The notes beneath the pieces were generated by a model. It ran no database searches, was not told where the DNA came from, and worked only from the letters and a program-made list of their open reading frames with translations. The position numbers and the translations under genes were made by a program. DNA of 64,000 nt from an uncultured Nitrospiraceae bacterium (GTDB lineage: Bacteria; Nitrospirota; Thermodesulfovibrionia; Thermodesulfovibrionales; UBA6898), in the NCBI GenBank assembly GCA_963811165.1, contig CAWEQH010000001.1, positions 224,001 through 288,000 of the forward strand, read 5' to 3'. This document shows positions 10,004 through 19,685 of this stretch, one piece after another (position 1 is the first letter of the stretch; each line of letters begins with the position of its first letter).

Positions 10004-10647
10004 GCCTAAGCGCATCGAATATATCGAAAAGTTATAACGGAAACCAGGTGCTAAGGGATTGCGCCTTTTCATTTTCCGCCCCCGGCATTTATGTCCTGAC
10101 CGGGGCGAATGGCTGCGGAAAATCCACGTTCCTCAGGATATGCACGCTCATCGAGCCCCCTGACAGCGGCGAAATCAACTATATCTCTGAAGGTATCGTT
10201 CTTCCCAAAGACCTTGAGCTGAGGCGCAGGATTACCCTTGTGCTGCCTAAGGTCGGGGTTTTCAATACCACAGTCCACAGGAACGTTGCCTATGGGTTGG
10301 GAGTAAGGGGGATAAGGGGAAGGCAGGCGGAGGAGAAGGTCATGGACGCCCTTGAGTTTGTGGGGCTCAGTCATAAGAAGGACCAGAACGGACTGACGCT
10401 TTCGAGCGGGGAAACTCAGCGCCTTGGGATCGCCAGGGCATTGGTCATAAAACCCGAGATGCTTTTCCTCGATGAGCCGACCGCATCCGTAGACCAAAAG
10501 AACACCGGAATCATTGAGGATATAATACTAAAGATGAAGAGTGACAGCAGGGTCACCGTGATCATTACGACCCATGACAGGGAGCAGGCGGCAAGACTTG
10601 CGGATTCATTGCTGGTGATGCGCGACGGGAAGATCTCGGGAGGTTAG
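9994..10647 (+). CDS. tupC: Tungstate ABC transporter ATP-binding subunit
   Basis: GANGCGKS Walker A, LSSGETQR signature, FLDEPT Walker B. Confidence 0.88.
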   Translation: MALSLSASNISKSYNGNQVLRDCAFSFSAPGIYVLTGANGCGKSTFLRICTLIEPPDSGEINYISEGIVLPKDLELRRRITLVLPKVGVFNTTVHRNVAYGLGVRGIRGRQAEEKVMDALEFVGLSHKKDQNGLTLSSGETQRLGIARALVIKPEMLFLDEPTASVDQKNTGIIEDIILKMKSDSRVTVIITTHDREQAARLADSLLVMRDGKISGG

Positions 10648-10920
10648 CCGGATTAATTGCCAATGCAGCATGGGACATTCCGCAAGCAGAGTTCGCTCCA
10701 ATAATAAACAGACTTTCTTTGCGCAGTACCGACAAACCAAGAGTCCTCAAGAGGAGAAACTGTCTCCGGGTTTCATCCAGAATCACGCCGCGGCAGAGCT
10801 CCCATATTTCTGAGATATTCTTCCCAAACTTCACACCTGTGCTACCGCAAAAACTCTGTCAAGAAATAAGATATGGGCTGAAAAAGCCATCACTTTTGAA
10901 AGAGAGTGATCAGGCTATTC

Positions 10921-11199
10921 TTAGTAACCACCTGTTAAAGGTTTAACTGCTTTTGTTGCCTTGCCGTCTTTAACAACCACGTTATCTCCAATCTTGAATT
11001 CCGGAGCCCCTTTCACCTTAACTTTCGTTTCTTGACCCTTACTATCTTTTACCGTTAACTCATATTCCGTAACCTCGATTTTAGTGACGGTACCCTTTAT
11101 GACCCCTTTTTCTTCCTTATGCGATGAATAGCCAATTCCCGCAACGGTAAACGTAAATGCCATGACCACAAATAAAGTTAAGACATTTTTTATTTTCAT
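10921..11199 (-). CDS. Small exported Lys/Val-rich beta protein (OB-fold-like)
   Basis: Signal peptide, strong SD GAGGAGGTG, co-oriented with the rhodanese gene. Confidence 0.7.
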   Translation of the reverse strand: MKIKNVLTLFVVMAFTFTVAGIGYSSHKEEKGVIKGTVTKIEVTEYELTVKDSKGQETKVKVKGAPEFKIGDNVVVKDGKATKAVKPLTGGY

Positions 11200-11237
11200 A
11201 ATTTCACCTCCTCTTTTGTGATTGGCTTTTTCCCGGT

Positions 11238-12239
11238 CTACTTTTTCATTTCCTGGATCGATTCCTTTAACTCTTCGATTGACTTAATTGCATCATTAAT
11301 ATTTACGAAGTCAAACCAATTTTCGTTTGCGGCAGGATAATTCACATTATTTCCATACACTATCCATGAGTCATCATAATTAGCTGGCTCCCTGAATCCC
11401 ATTAATCTTAATTCTAAATAGGTCAGTGCAGCGCGAGTTCCTGTCTGGCAGTATGCTATCGTGCGTTTGGCCTTGTCGAGGGTTCCGAAAAGTTCCTTCA
11501 GCTCGTCCATCGAATGTATCTTACCTGTCTGAACATCGTAGGTTTTTACATGCGATAGATTAAGCGTCGTATTCGGAATATAACCCCCTCTGAGAGACCT
11601 TATATCGGAACCTTCGTGTTCCCTTTCAGTCCTCGAATCAATTACATTTACCCCCTTTATTTCCCCGGTTGCTATCTTTACCATCTCGGCGGTGGTAGCC
11701 AGTCTATTCTGAATGACTTTAGCCTGAAAAACAGCCGGCCGCAGTTTGCTTTCGCCCTTATCAAGAGGTTTTCCGGCTTCCTTCCAGGTTTCTATGCCGC
11801 CATTTAGAAAATGTACTTTCGTGTGACCGAGATGCTCGAGACACCAGAATGCGACAGAGGCACTGCTTATCAGTTTTGCGTCCGCATAAACAACAACATG
11901 TTTAGCCATGCTCACCCCAGCGTTGCTAAAAATCTTTTCGAGATCTTCTGTCTTCTTTGCCCTCAACGTAGCGTCCCTAAGAACCTTACCACACGCGCCA
12001 CCAAGATTTATCGCTCCGGGAATGTGTGCGGCTTCATACGCTTGTTCGCCTCGACAATCAATCAAAACCCAATCAGGATTTCCTATACCATCAGCTACCA
12101 TTTTAACATCGGCTAAAAGGCCGGGATTTGCGTATTCTGCACCACTTGCAAAGGTAGTAACATAGAATAATATCAAGCTCATAAAGAAAAGAGCTTTTAT
12201 ATGACGCATTCCTTTAACTGTCATGCGGGCAGCGATCAT
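11238..12239 (-). CDS. Exported tandem-domain rhodanese / sulfurtransferase
   Basis: HIPGAINL, VHFLNGGIETW, catalytic loop YCQTGTRA, NYDDSW; N-terminal signal; SD AAGGAGG before ATG 12239. Confidence 0.9.
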   Translation of the reverse strand: MIAARMTVKGMRHIKALFFMSLILFYVTTFASGAEYANPGLLADVKMVADGIGNPDWVLIDCRGEQAYEAAHIPGAINLGGACGKVLRDATLRAKKTEDLEKIFSNAGVSMAKHVVVYADAKLISSASVAFWCLEHLGHTKVHFLNGGIETWKEAGKPLDKGESKLRPAVFQAKVIQNRLATTAEMVKIATGEIKGVNVIDSRTEREHEGSDIRSLRGGYIPNTTLNLSHVKTYDVQTGKIHSMDELKELFGTLDKAKRTIAYCQTGTRAALTYLELRLMGFREPANYDDSWIVYGNNVNYPAANENWFDFVNINDAIKSIEELKESIQEMKK

Positions 12240-12627
12240 TATTTCCTCCTTAGAGTCGAATCTCAACACCTATAATTCCAATTTTATGGCAAGTATGAAT
12301 TTTGTCAATGATTTATTCATTTCGAATAGATTTTTACGTGAGGCAACAGGTGCTTGGAATAGTTTGTAGCGTTTCTGCGCAGAAGTAAGGTTCCCTGCGG
12401 AAAGAAACTCTCTACCGGATGCGACCGGGTGTGATGTTCCTAATATAATCAATACAATTATATCTCATTAGGGATTATTTAGTTCAGGAAGAAACAGATA
12501 GGGAGATTTCGTCTACTTTTGATAATTTTCACTTTGCGCCTGCGAAGGATCCCGCGTAGCTCTTCCTGCAACCTGCGAGTTTTCATTTTTCAAAGAAGTA
12601 CACCTGTTGCAGGTGAGAAGGGCAAAT

Positions 12628-13851
12628 CTACTTAACGATCAGATACTCGATAAGGGCCGCAAGGAAGATAAAAGAACTTGCCGGTATGATTTTCCTGTAG
12701 ACGCCCCATAGGTCTGCACCGAAATACTGCCTTGTCAGAACTAAGCAGAGATGGACAGGGGACAAAAGCACGCCGACGAACCCCGAAGCAAAGGCCAGGG
12801 AGATATTTGCGAGGGAAGCCTGACCTCCCATGCTTATGAGGAGGGGAAAAGTGCTTCCTACAAAGCCCACGGTATGACCCGTCAGTAGACCGGCGATAAA
12901 AGGCAGAAGACAGAGAATCGGAAGGACGGGTATCCCCTGTTTAAGGAAAAAGGCGCTCAGATTTCCCACAGAGCCCGACGCCTCCAAAGTCTCCTTAAAG
13001 AGCATGATGCCTATGATAAGGACGATTACTTCAAGGGCGAAGCCGTATCTTGTCACCCGAAGGATCTCCCGGGGGCGGTATCGATACAGAAAAAAGAGGG
13101 AGAGTATTATCGCCAAAAGCGCATAGTGAAGTTCCACCCGTGCGAGCATGACAAGCAGCAGGACCGCTATGACAGGAAGGAAGCTCAACCAGTCAACCCG
13201 CCTTGTATGCATCTTCATTGCCGCCGCCGCATCAAGGTCCTGAACCCCGGCCTTCGTGCCTTGCGAGACATTTCTCATGCTGTAGATAAAACCCATCACG
13301 AGGAGAACCACGGCACATAACAAATTTGCCGAGATCAGGGAGTATAAGGGAATGCTTGAGACCGCTGATGCCAGAAGGATCCCGGGGTAGAGCGGGAGGA
13401 TATATTCCCAGGGGTGGCGGAACCAGTAGTTGATAAACGCCTTTTCCTCCTGGCTCATCTTTAATCCGGTTGTCGCCTCTTTCACCATCGGGGCGGAAAA
13501 GTATGCCCCTCCAAGGGAGGGCAGCATGCCGATCAGAAGCGGCATTGATATGATTACCACCTTCCTGTTATTGAAAAATCCCTTGACAGAAGACATCATG
13601 CCGGACATTACATTTCTTTCCCTGAGTATCAGTTCAAATGTCCTGATGAGAGACAGGGCGAGCAGCAGCTTTAATGTGACGCTGTTTAGTATTGCCTTCC
13701 TGAGAGCACCCGCGATACTTTCGGGGCCCATCTCATAGAGCACGGCAAGGGAGGCAGAGGCGATGAGCATTACATAGCCGATGTAGAGTTTTTTCCGAAG
13801 GAGGACGAGGATCAGTAAAAATGCGAGACCGATCTTGAATAAATCAGGCAT
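12628..13851 (-). CDS. DUF401-family membrane protein (putative transporter)
   Basis: Polytopic; GMLPSLGGAYFSAPMV, NYWFRHPWEYILPLYPG, LLSPVHLCLVLT. Confidence 0.8.
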   Translation of the reverse strand: MPDLFKIGLAFLLILVLLRKKLYIGYVMLIASASLAVLYEMGPESIAGALRKAILNSVTLKLLLALSLIRTFELILRERNVMSGMMSSVKGFFNNRKVVIISMPLLIGMLPSLGGAYFSAPMVKEATTGLKMSQEEKAFINYWFRHPWEYILPLYPGILLASAVSSIPLYSLISANLLCAVVLLVMGFIYSMRNVSQGTKAGVQDLDAAAAMKMHTRRVDWLSFLPVIAVLLLVMLARVELHYALLAIILSLFFLYRYRPREILRVTRYGFALEVIVLIIGIMLFKETLEASGSVGNLSAFFLKQGIPVLPILCLLPFIAGLLTGHTVGFVGSTFPLLISMGGQASLANISLAFASGFVGVLLSPVHLCLVLTRQYFGADLWGVYRKIIPASSFIFLAALIEYLIVK

Positions 13852-13856
13852 TGTCG

Positions 13857-14867
13857 CTACAGAGAATTCGAGACCTTCTTTATCTCTTCGAGTTTCCTGA
13901 GCGCCCTTCCCGAATCGATCGATTCTTTCGCCAATTCAAAAGCCGACAGAAGATCCGTAACCCTGCCCGATACCGCGATCGCAGCAGCCGAGTTTAAGAG
14001 GACCACGTCCCGCTTAGGCCCTTTTTCCCCGCCTAAGATGCGGACCGCGATGCGGGCATTATCGTCTTTGTCACCGCCGAGCAGGTCAGAGACACTGCCC
14101 CGGGCGAGGCCGAAGTCCTCGGGGGCCAGATACATATTTTCGACCCTTCCGTTAAAAAACCTTGATGCCTTAGATCCATCAGATATCGTGATCTCGTCAA
14201 GGCCGTCTTCCCCGTGGACGACCATCGCGTCTTCGGCCCCGAGATTGCCGAGCACCGTGGCAAGGGTCTCTGTCAGTTTGCTTGAGAACACCCCGAGTAT
14301 CTGTCTTTTTGCATTGGCGGGGTTTGTCAGAGGGCCCAGGATGTTGAAGATCGTTCTAATTCCCATCTCCCTTCTCGGCCCGACAGCATATTTCATAGCA
14401 GGATGGAAGAGCGGAGCGAAGAGAAAGCCGAAGCCTGTCTCGAAGAGGCACTTTTCAACCTTTTCGGGGGGCAGATCTATCCTTATGCCGAGGGCCTCGA
14501 GCACGTCGGCGCTGCCCGATTTACTTGAGACCGCCCGGTTGCCGTGTTTTGCAACAGGGACTCCTGCCGCGGCCACTACGAAGGCGGTCGTCGTCGATAT
14601 ATTAAACGTATGAGACATGTCCCCGCCGGTGCCGCACGTGTCTAAGACTCCTTCCGGGGCCCTGATATGTGCGGCCTTGTCCCTCATGATCTTTGCCGCT
14701 CCGGTTATCTCCGCGACTGTTTCACCCTTTATCCTGAGGGCGGTAAGAAATGCGCCTATTTGAGAGTCAGCCGCCTTGCCCTCCATGATTTCTCTCATGC
14801 ATTCAGCAGTCTCCGACTCCGACAGGTCAATCCCCCCCACGAGCATGTTGATCGCTTCCTTGATCAT
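13857..14867 (-). CDS. trpD: Anthranilate phosphoribosyltransferase
   Basis: DTCGTGGD, FNISTT, KHGNRAVSSKSGSADVLE. Confidence 0.97.
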   Translation of the reverse strand: MIKEAINMLVGGIDLSESETAECMREIMEGKAADSQIGAFLTALRIKGETVAEITGAAKIMRDKAAHIRAPEGVLDTCGTGGDMSHTFNISTTTAFVVAAAGVPVAKHGNRAVSSKSGSADVLEALGIRIDLPPEKVEKCLFETGFGFLFAPLFHPAMKYAVGPRREMGIRTIFNILGPLTNPANAKRQILGVFSSKLTETLATVLGNLGAEDAMVVHGEDGLDEITISDGSKASRFFNGRVENMYLAPEDFGLARGSVSDLLGGDKDDNARIAVRILGGEKGPKRDVVLLNSAAAIAVSGRVTDLLSAFELAKESIDSGRALRKLEEIKKVSNSL

Positions 14868-14918
14868 CTTAGGTCCCTCTCATTCATAGGAGTCAGGAAT
14901 TGTATCATATGACACATT

Positions 14919-16029
14919 TTATTGTTGAGACGCCCTTGTTTTGAGAAACTCGTTTATGAACCTGTCGATCCCGCCGTCGAGGACGGTGTCGACATCACCT
15001 ACTTCAAGCCCGGTCCTGTGGTCTTTTACGAGACGGTAAGGCTGTAGCACATATGACCTGATCTGGCTTCCCCAGGCGATGCCTTTCTTGTCCCCGACCA
15101 GATCTTCCATCTTCTTCTCTTTTGCCTTCTGTTCAAGCGAAAAGAGCCTGGCCTTCAGGATCTTCATCGCGACCGCCTTGTTTTTGTGCTGGGACCTTTC
15201 GTTTTGGCAGGCGACCACAATGCCCGAAGGTATGTGGGTAAGCCGCACGGCCGAGGAGGTCTTGTTGACATGCTGCCCTCCGGCTCCGGAAGCGCGGTAG
15301 GTGTCTATCTTGAGGTCCTCTTCCCTGATCTCGATAGCGATGTCGTCTTCTATCTCGGGATAGACGATCACCGCAGCAAAGGAGGTATGCCTCCTTTTGT
15401 TGGCGTCGTAGGGCGAGATCCTGACCAGCCTGTGGACCCCCGCCTCGCAGCTCAGATAGCCGTAAGCATAGTCTCCGGTGAAGGTTATCGTGGCGCCCTT
15501 TATCCCCGCCTCATCTCCAGGCTGAAGGTCGACGATCTTTGCCTCAACGCCGCGCCTCTCGGCCCATCGCAGATACATCCTCATGAGCATCTGGGCCCAG
15601 TCCTGGCTTTCCGTGCCGCCGGCGCCGGGGTGGATCGTGAGGATCGCGTTATGGTTGTCCAGTTCCCCGGAGAGGAGGTTCTGAAGTTCCAGCTTTTCGA
15701 TCTCCTCCCTCAGGGATTCGAGATCTTTCTTGATCTCCTTAAAAAAGACCTCGCCGCCCTCCTCATCGAGGATCCCCAGCGACTCCTCGAGGTAGGCCAG
15801 CCTGCTTTCGATAGTCTCAAACGGGGCCACCGTACCTTCAAGCCTGGATTTCTCCTTCAGAAGCTCCCGCGCCTTTTCCTGTGACGACCAGATTTCTTCT
15901 TTGGTAAGCTCCCCGCTGATCTTTTCTATTTCTTCCTTTTTCTTACTGACATCAAAGATAACCTCGGAGTGCTTCGATCTTGGCCCTCAACGAAACCATC
16001 TCTTCTTTAAGTTCTGACTGCAAAAGCAT
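14919..16029 (-). CDS. prfB: Peptide chain release factor 2 with programmed +1 frameshift
   Basis: ATG 16029 gives 25 aa ending RGYL, then CTT TGA T preceded by internal SD GAGGT; the +1 frame runs into ORF 14919-15830 with SPY recognition tripeptide and GAGGQ. Confidence 0.96.
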
Positions 16030-16031
16030 AG

Positions 16032-17579
16032 CTACCTCCAAATTTTTATATTGAGGCAAAGTACAATCGATATCACGATGCAGAGATATGAAAACAGATC
16101 TCCGTATTTTGTATACAGCGTCATGGTCCTGTCGGTCTTCACCTGACCCGGCAGAACAAGCCTCTGAAACAGCGGTGTTTCGGCGAGGACCCTGCCGTTG
16201 CTGTCTATGAACCCGGATATTCCCGTATTCGCCGCACGTATCACCGGCTTTCTGTTTTCTATGGCCCTGAAGACCGCCATGCTGAAATGCTGATAGGGCC
16301 CTGCAGTCTTTCCGAACCACGCATCGTTCGTAATCGTTACGATGAAATCACCGCCGTCTGTAAAAAACTTCCTTACGAGCCCGGGGAAAATTATCTCATA
16401 GCATATCATCGTCCCGAAACTCCCGAAGTCTGTCTCTGCCCTCGTATATTCCTCTCCCGGAACATAATCACCGATTCCCGCGACGAGTTTATCTACAAAA
16501 AAAAGAACACTTCTGAGGGGAACGTATTCTCCAAACGGGACCAAATGTATTTTATCATATTCATAGATGTTTTTCCCCTCTTTGTCGAGAAGGACTGCGC
16601 TGTTTGTAAGCAAGGTCTTTCCGCGGGATTGCTCTTGCACCCGAACGCTTCCGAAGAGAAGATCGGCCCCGAGCCCCTGTTCAAACGCAACCAGTTTTTC
16701 GGTATTTGACTTGTCGTAATCGAACATAAAGGGGACGGCCGTCTCGGGCCATATGATCAGCTGGGGAGAAGTTTCGGCCGCCTTTTTAGAGAGGGTGAAA
16801 TAGGTTTCGAGTACTTCATTTTGATAAGCCGGTTCCCATTTCTTGTCCTGCTCGATGTTGCCCTGAATGACGCTTACGTTGACAAGGCGGCCGCTTCTTT
16901 GCTGGCCGAGCCTCCAATGTCCGTATCCGAGGGACACTGAAATAAGTATAAAAACGAGGGAAAGTCCGACAACGGTAAATGAGACCGGAAACAGGGGCAT
17001 CTGTTGTGTCCGCTTCTTAAGCAGGAAGACGTCTGCAATGGCGCCGTTTACCATCAGGACCAGGAAAGAAATGCCGTAAATTCCGGTTATATCCGAAACC
17101 TGAATAATGTGAAGAAACTTGTACTGACTGTATCCGATGCTCGACCAGGGGAACCCCGTCAACGCATAGGAACGGGCAAACTCAAGGACCACCCAGAACA
17201 CCGGCGCAATAAGAAGCGCGGGCAGTTTTGTCTTTTTTATCATCTGGGCGAAGAGAAAGCAGAATATCGCCGGGTAGATGCTCAGATAGAGACAGAGCAG
17301 TACGACGATACATAGGCTTGCGAGAAAAGGGACGCCGCCAAAATGATTTATCGAGTGGTATATCCAGTAGAGTGTCCCGAAGAAGTAGGTAAGCCCGAAC
17401 ATATAACCGCCTGTAAATGCCTGTCTCGTGTCCTTTGTCCAAAGAGATATAATCAGGGGCACGAAGGCCACCCAGGCAAGGGGGTAATAATCAAACGACG
17501 GGAAAGACAGCACCAGCAGTGCCCCCGAGACCACCGGGAGGAAATATTCGGCCATTTTTTTCATGAGCATGTCTTTCAT
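16032..17579 (-). CDS. lnt: Apolipoprotein N-acyltransferase (start uncertain, 17555-17612)
   Basis: QGNI, WPETA, YDKIHLVPFGEYVP, ICYEIIFP, TNDAWFG. Confidence 0.95.
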   Translation of the reverse strand: MKDMLMKKMAEYFLPVVSGALLVLSFPSFDYYPLAWVAFVPLIISLWTKDTRQAFTGGYMFGLTYFFGTLYWIYHSINHFGGVPFLASLCIVVLLCLYLSIYPAIFCFLFAQMIKKTKLPALLIAPVFWVVLEFARSYALTGFPWSSIGYSQYKFLHIIQVSDITGIYGISFLVLMVNGAIADVFLLKKRTQQMPLFPVSFTVVGLSLVFILISVSLGYGHWRLGQQRSGRLVNVSVIQGNIEQDKKWEPAYQNEVLETYFTLSKKAAETSPQLIIWPETAVPFMFDYDKSNTEKLVAFEQGLGADLLFGSVRVQEQSRGKTLLTNSAVLLDKEGKNIYEYDKIHLVPFGEYVPLRSVLFFVDKLVAGIGDYVPGEEYTRAETDFGSFGTMICYEIIFPGLVRKFFTDGGDFIVTITNDAWFGKTAGPYQHFSMAVFRAIENRKPVIRAANTGISGFIDSNGRVLAETPLFQRLVLPGQVKTDRTMTLYTKYGDLFSYLCIVISIVLCLNIKIWR

Positions 17580-17582
17580 AAG

Positions 17583-17612
17583 TTGACAATCAAAAAAGCT
17601 ACTGGGTATCAT
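17583..17612 (+). promoter_or_regulatory. Sigma70 promoter for tRNA-Phe
   Basis: TTGACA-N18-TATCAT, 10 nt upstream of the tRNA. Confidence 0.6.
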
Positions 17613-17622
17613 GTATGTCCGT

Positions 17623-17698
17623 GGGCAGTTAGCTCAGTCGGTAGAGCAGAGGCCTGAAAAGCCTCGTGTCCGCAGTTCGATTCTGCGACTGCCCACCA
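17623..17698 (+). tRNA. tRNA-Phe(GAA)
   Basis: Cloverleaf: acceptor GGGCAGT/ACTGCCC, anticodon arm GAGGC-CTGAAAA-GCCTC, GTTCGA T-loop, encoded CCA. Confidence 0.98.
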
Positions 17699-17735
17699 TT
17701 TCCACCTTGATTTTATTGGTCTTGTCCGGTTGGAG

Positions 17736-18761
17736 TCAAGGGATAATAGCGACCCTTCCCGGATTCCCCTTTTCTCCTGCGATCGAATATTTGATGCCGA
17801 GGAACTTTTCAATCACCCATAGGTTTGTCAGGAGATGATCTGTGATGCTCGCGGTGGTGAACACGGATCTACCGTTTGCAAGGGCAAGATAAAGCACGAT
17901 CTGGTCGGTAAGGTGAAGGTCGAGGCAGGCATGAGAAGAAAAATAGTCCAGTAATTCCCGTGCGGCCTCTTCGCCGACTGTCTCGGCTTTTTTCCCCCTT
18001 TCGCCGAGGGAGGAAAAGCCGGCTATGCAGTCTTTTGTTTTCGACTCAAGAAATACGAAGGTGCCGGGACTGTAAGAGGTGACCTCAAGGGTCTCGATCT
18101 CGGCTTTGAGTCCGCTTTTGTCAATGATTTGCAAAGCCGCCTTTCTCTGCCTGTCGGCGATGCTCATCGGCAGGCTGCTTACGGCCGAGATGCCGCTGAC
18201 CTCTTTGATCTCTCCCCTGTCGATGAAGGAGAGAGCGTTTAATTTGCCGCAAGGGGTGACTTCCGCAGTAATCTTGCCGCCCCCTTTCGGATAAAAGCCG
18301 TAATTCACGATTGAAGTCTGCACCCTGATGCCGAGTCGGGAGAGCATCGGGGCGAAGATATCGGAGATGAACTGATAAGGCGGACTAAAAGGCACATGGG
18401 TTCCACCTGTCAGGGTAATCCGTGATCCTTCCTTTGCGAAAATAAGAGGAGGGAGAATTGCCTGCAGGAGCAGAGAAGTTGACCCTGCGGTCCCTATGTC
18501 GAAGAAGTAATCGCCCGGTTTCCGTTCGCCGGGCTCGAAGAGCAGTTCGGTAGAGCCTATCGCATCTCCGCGCGCCGATGCCCCTGAGATGAGGGCGAGT
18601 GCATGCACGCAGGTGAGATGCTGGGGCATGAGTCCGGGCTTCTTGCGGCCCTTCCTTATATTGAACATCCTGAAACTTTTTTTCAGAACGCAGGACAGAC
18701 TCAGGGCCGTCCTGAGGATCTGCCCCCCGGCCTCGCCGAAATTCCCGTCAATCTCGAGCAT
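17736..18761 (-). CDS. rtcA: RNA 3'-terminal phosphate cyclase
   Basis: GEAGGQILRTALSLS, PGLMPQH, GFYPKGGG, catalytic HLTDQ. Confidence 0.95.
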   Translation of the reverse strand: MLEIDGNFGEAGGQILRTALSLSCVLKKSFRMFNIRKGRKKPGLMPQHLTCVHALALISGASARGDAIGSTELLFEPGERKPGDYFFDIGTAGSTSLLLQAILPPLIFAKEGSRITLTGGTHVPFSPPYQFISDIFAPMLSRLGIRVQTSIVNYGFYPKGGGKITAEVTPCGKLNALSFIDRGEIKEVSGISAVSSLPMSIADRQRKAALQIIDKSGLKAEIETLEVTSYSPGTFVFLESKTKDCIAGFSSLGERGKKAETVGEEAARELLDYFSSHACLDLHLTDQIVLYLALANGRSVFTTASITDHLLTNLWVIEKFLGIKYSIAGEKGNPGRVAIIP

Positions 18762-18945
18762 ACTTCAATTATAGCCGTTATCGCCTATGCGGAGTAGCAG
18801 GGCATCTTTCAAAATTGACGGGCAGCGCATCCTTTGATCTATGCTTGATTGAAAAATGATATAATTCACATGATAACGTACGTACCAAGAACAGGGGATT
18901 AAGGGAAATCGGTAACTTCCCGGGTATCGCGGGAAAGGAGACAGT

Positions 18946-19161
18946 ATGATATTCCATATAACCTTAGAACATGCCGAAGACGGCTGGATTGTTGCCGAGT
19001 GTCCTGCTCTCCCGGGTTGTGTGTCTCAGGGCAAGGACGAAGAGGAAGCGATAGAAAATATCAAAGAGGCTATTACCGCCTGGTTGTGGGCCGAGGACCA
19101 GAAAAGCCTTACGGCGCTTTCAAAAGAAAGACAGCAGGAATCAATCGTTGTAGCCGTCTGA
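18946..19161 (+). CDS. hicB: HicB-family antitoxin (short form)
   Basis: CPALPGCVSQGKDEEEAIENIKEAI. Confidence 0.92.
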   Translation: MIFHITLEHAEDGWIVAECPALPGCVSQGKDEEEAIENIKEAITAWLWAEDQKSLTALSKERQQESIVVAV

Positions 19162-19162
19162 T

Positions 19163-19384
19163 ATGGGCAGGCTTGCAAATATCCCGGGAAAAGAAGCAGT
19201 AAAGGCATTTCAAAAGATCGGCTGGTACGTCGTCGGTCAGGTCGGCAGCCATGTTGTGATGAGCAAACAAGGCATGCGCGTGAATCTCTCAATTCCGCAA
19301 CACAAAGAACTTTCCGCAGGGACTCTCCGCGCCTTAATCCGCAACGCCGGTATCACGGTAGAAGAGTTTATTGCACAGCTGTAA
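19163..19384 (+). CDS. hicA: HicA-family mRNA interferase toxin
   Basis: GW...QVGSH, IPQHKELSAGTLRALIR. Confidence 0.92.
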   Translation: MGRLANIPGKEAVKAFQKIGWYVVGQVGSHVVMSKQGMRVNLSIPQHKELSAGTLRALIRNAGITVEEFIAQL

Positions 19385-19408
19385 GGCCTGGAATTACACA
19401 GTTCATTC

Positions 19409-19438
19409 TTGACACTGGTCGCGGCGGCAAGGTATAAA
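19409..19438 (+). promoter_or_regulatory. Sigma70-like promoter facing the accessory genes
   Basis: TTGACA-N18-TATAAA. Confidence 0.45.
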
Positions 19439-19685
19439 ATAGCGTCCGATTGACAGGGAAAAGGGTGAATCAAGGGACGGAGTCCATGTGGGGATATAAA
19501 GAAGTTAACCTAAAGATGACTAATATCAGAATCCGCATGTTAGTCATGAAAGAATAATGATATTCGTGAGATATGTGAATAATCCTTCTGGGGTAACAGG
19601 CTGAAAATATTAACCGGATCACAACTTTTTTGGTACTGGTGTAACGAGCTAGTAACTGGTTAGGGCTCCGAAGGAGGTCAGTTGT

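Noticed and set aside
10700..10820. Moco/Tuco riboswitch-like CTCCCATATTT after tupC
   Set aside because: Only a short partial match, no SD-containing 3' end, and no co-oriented gene downstream.
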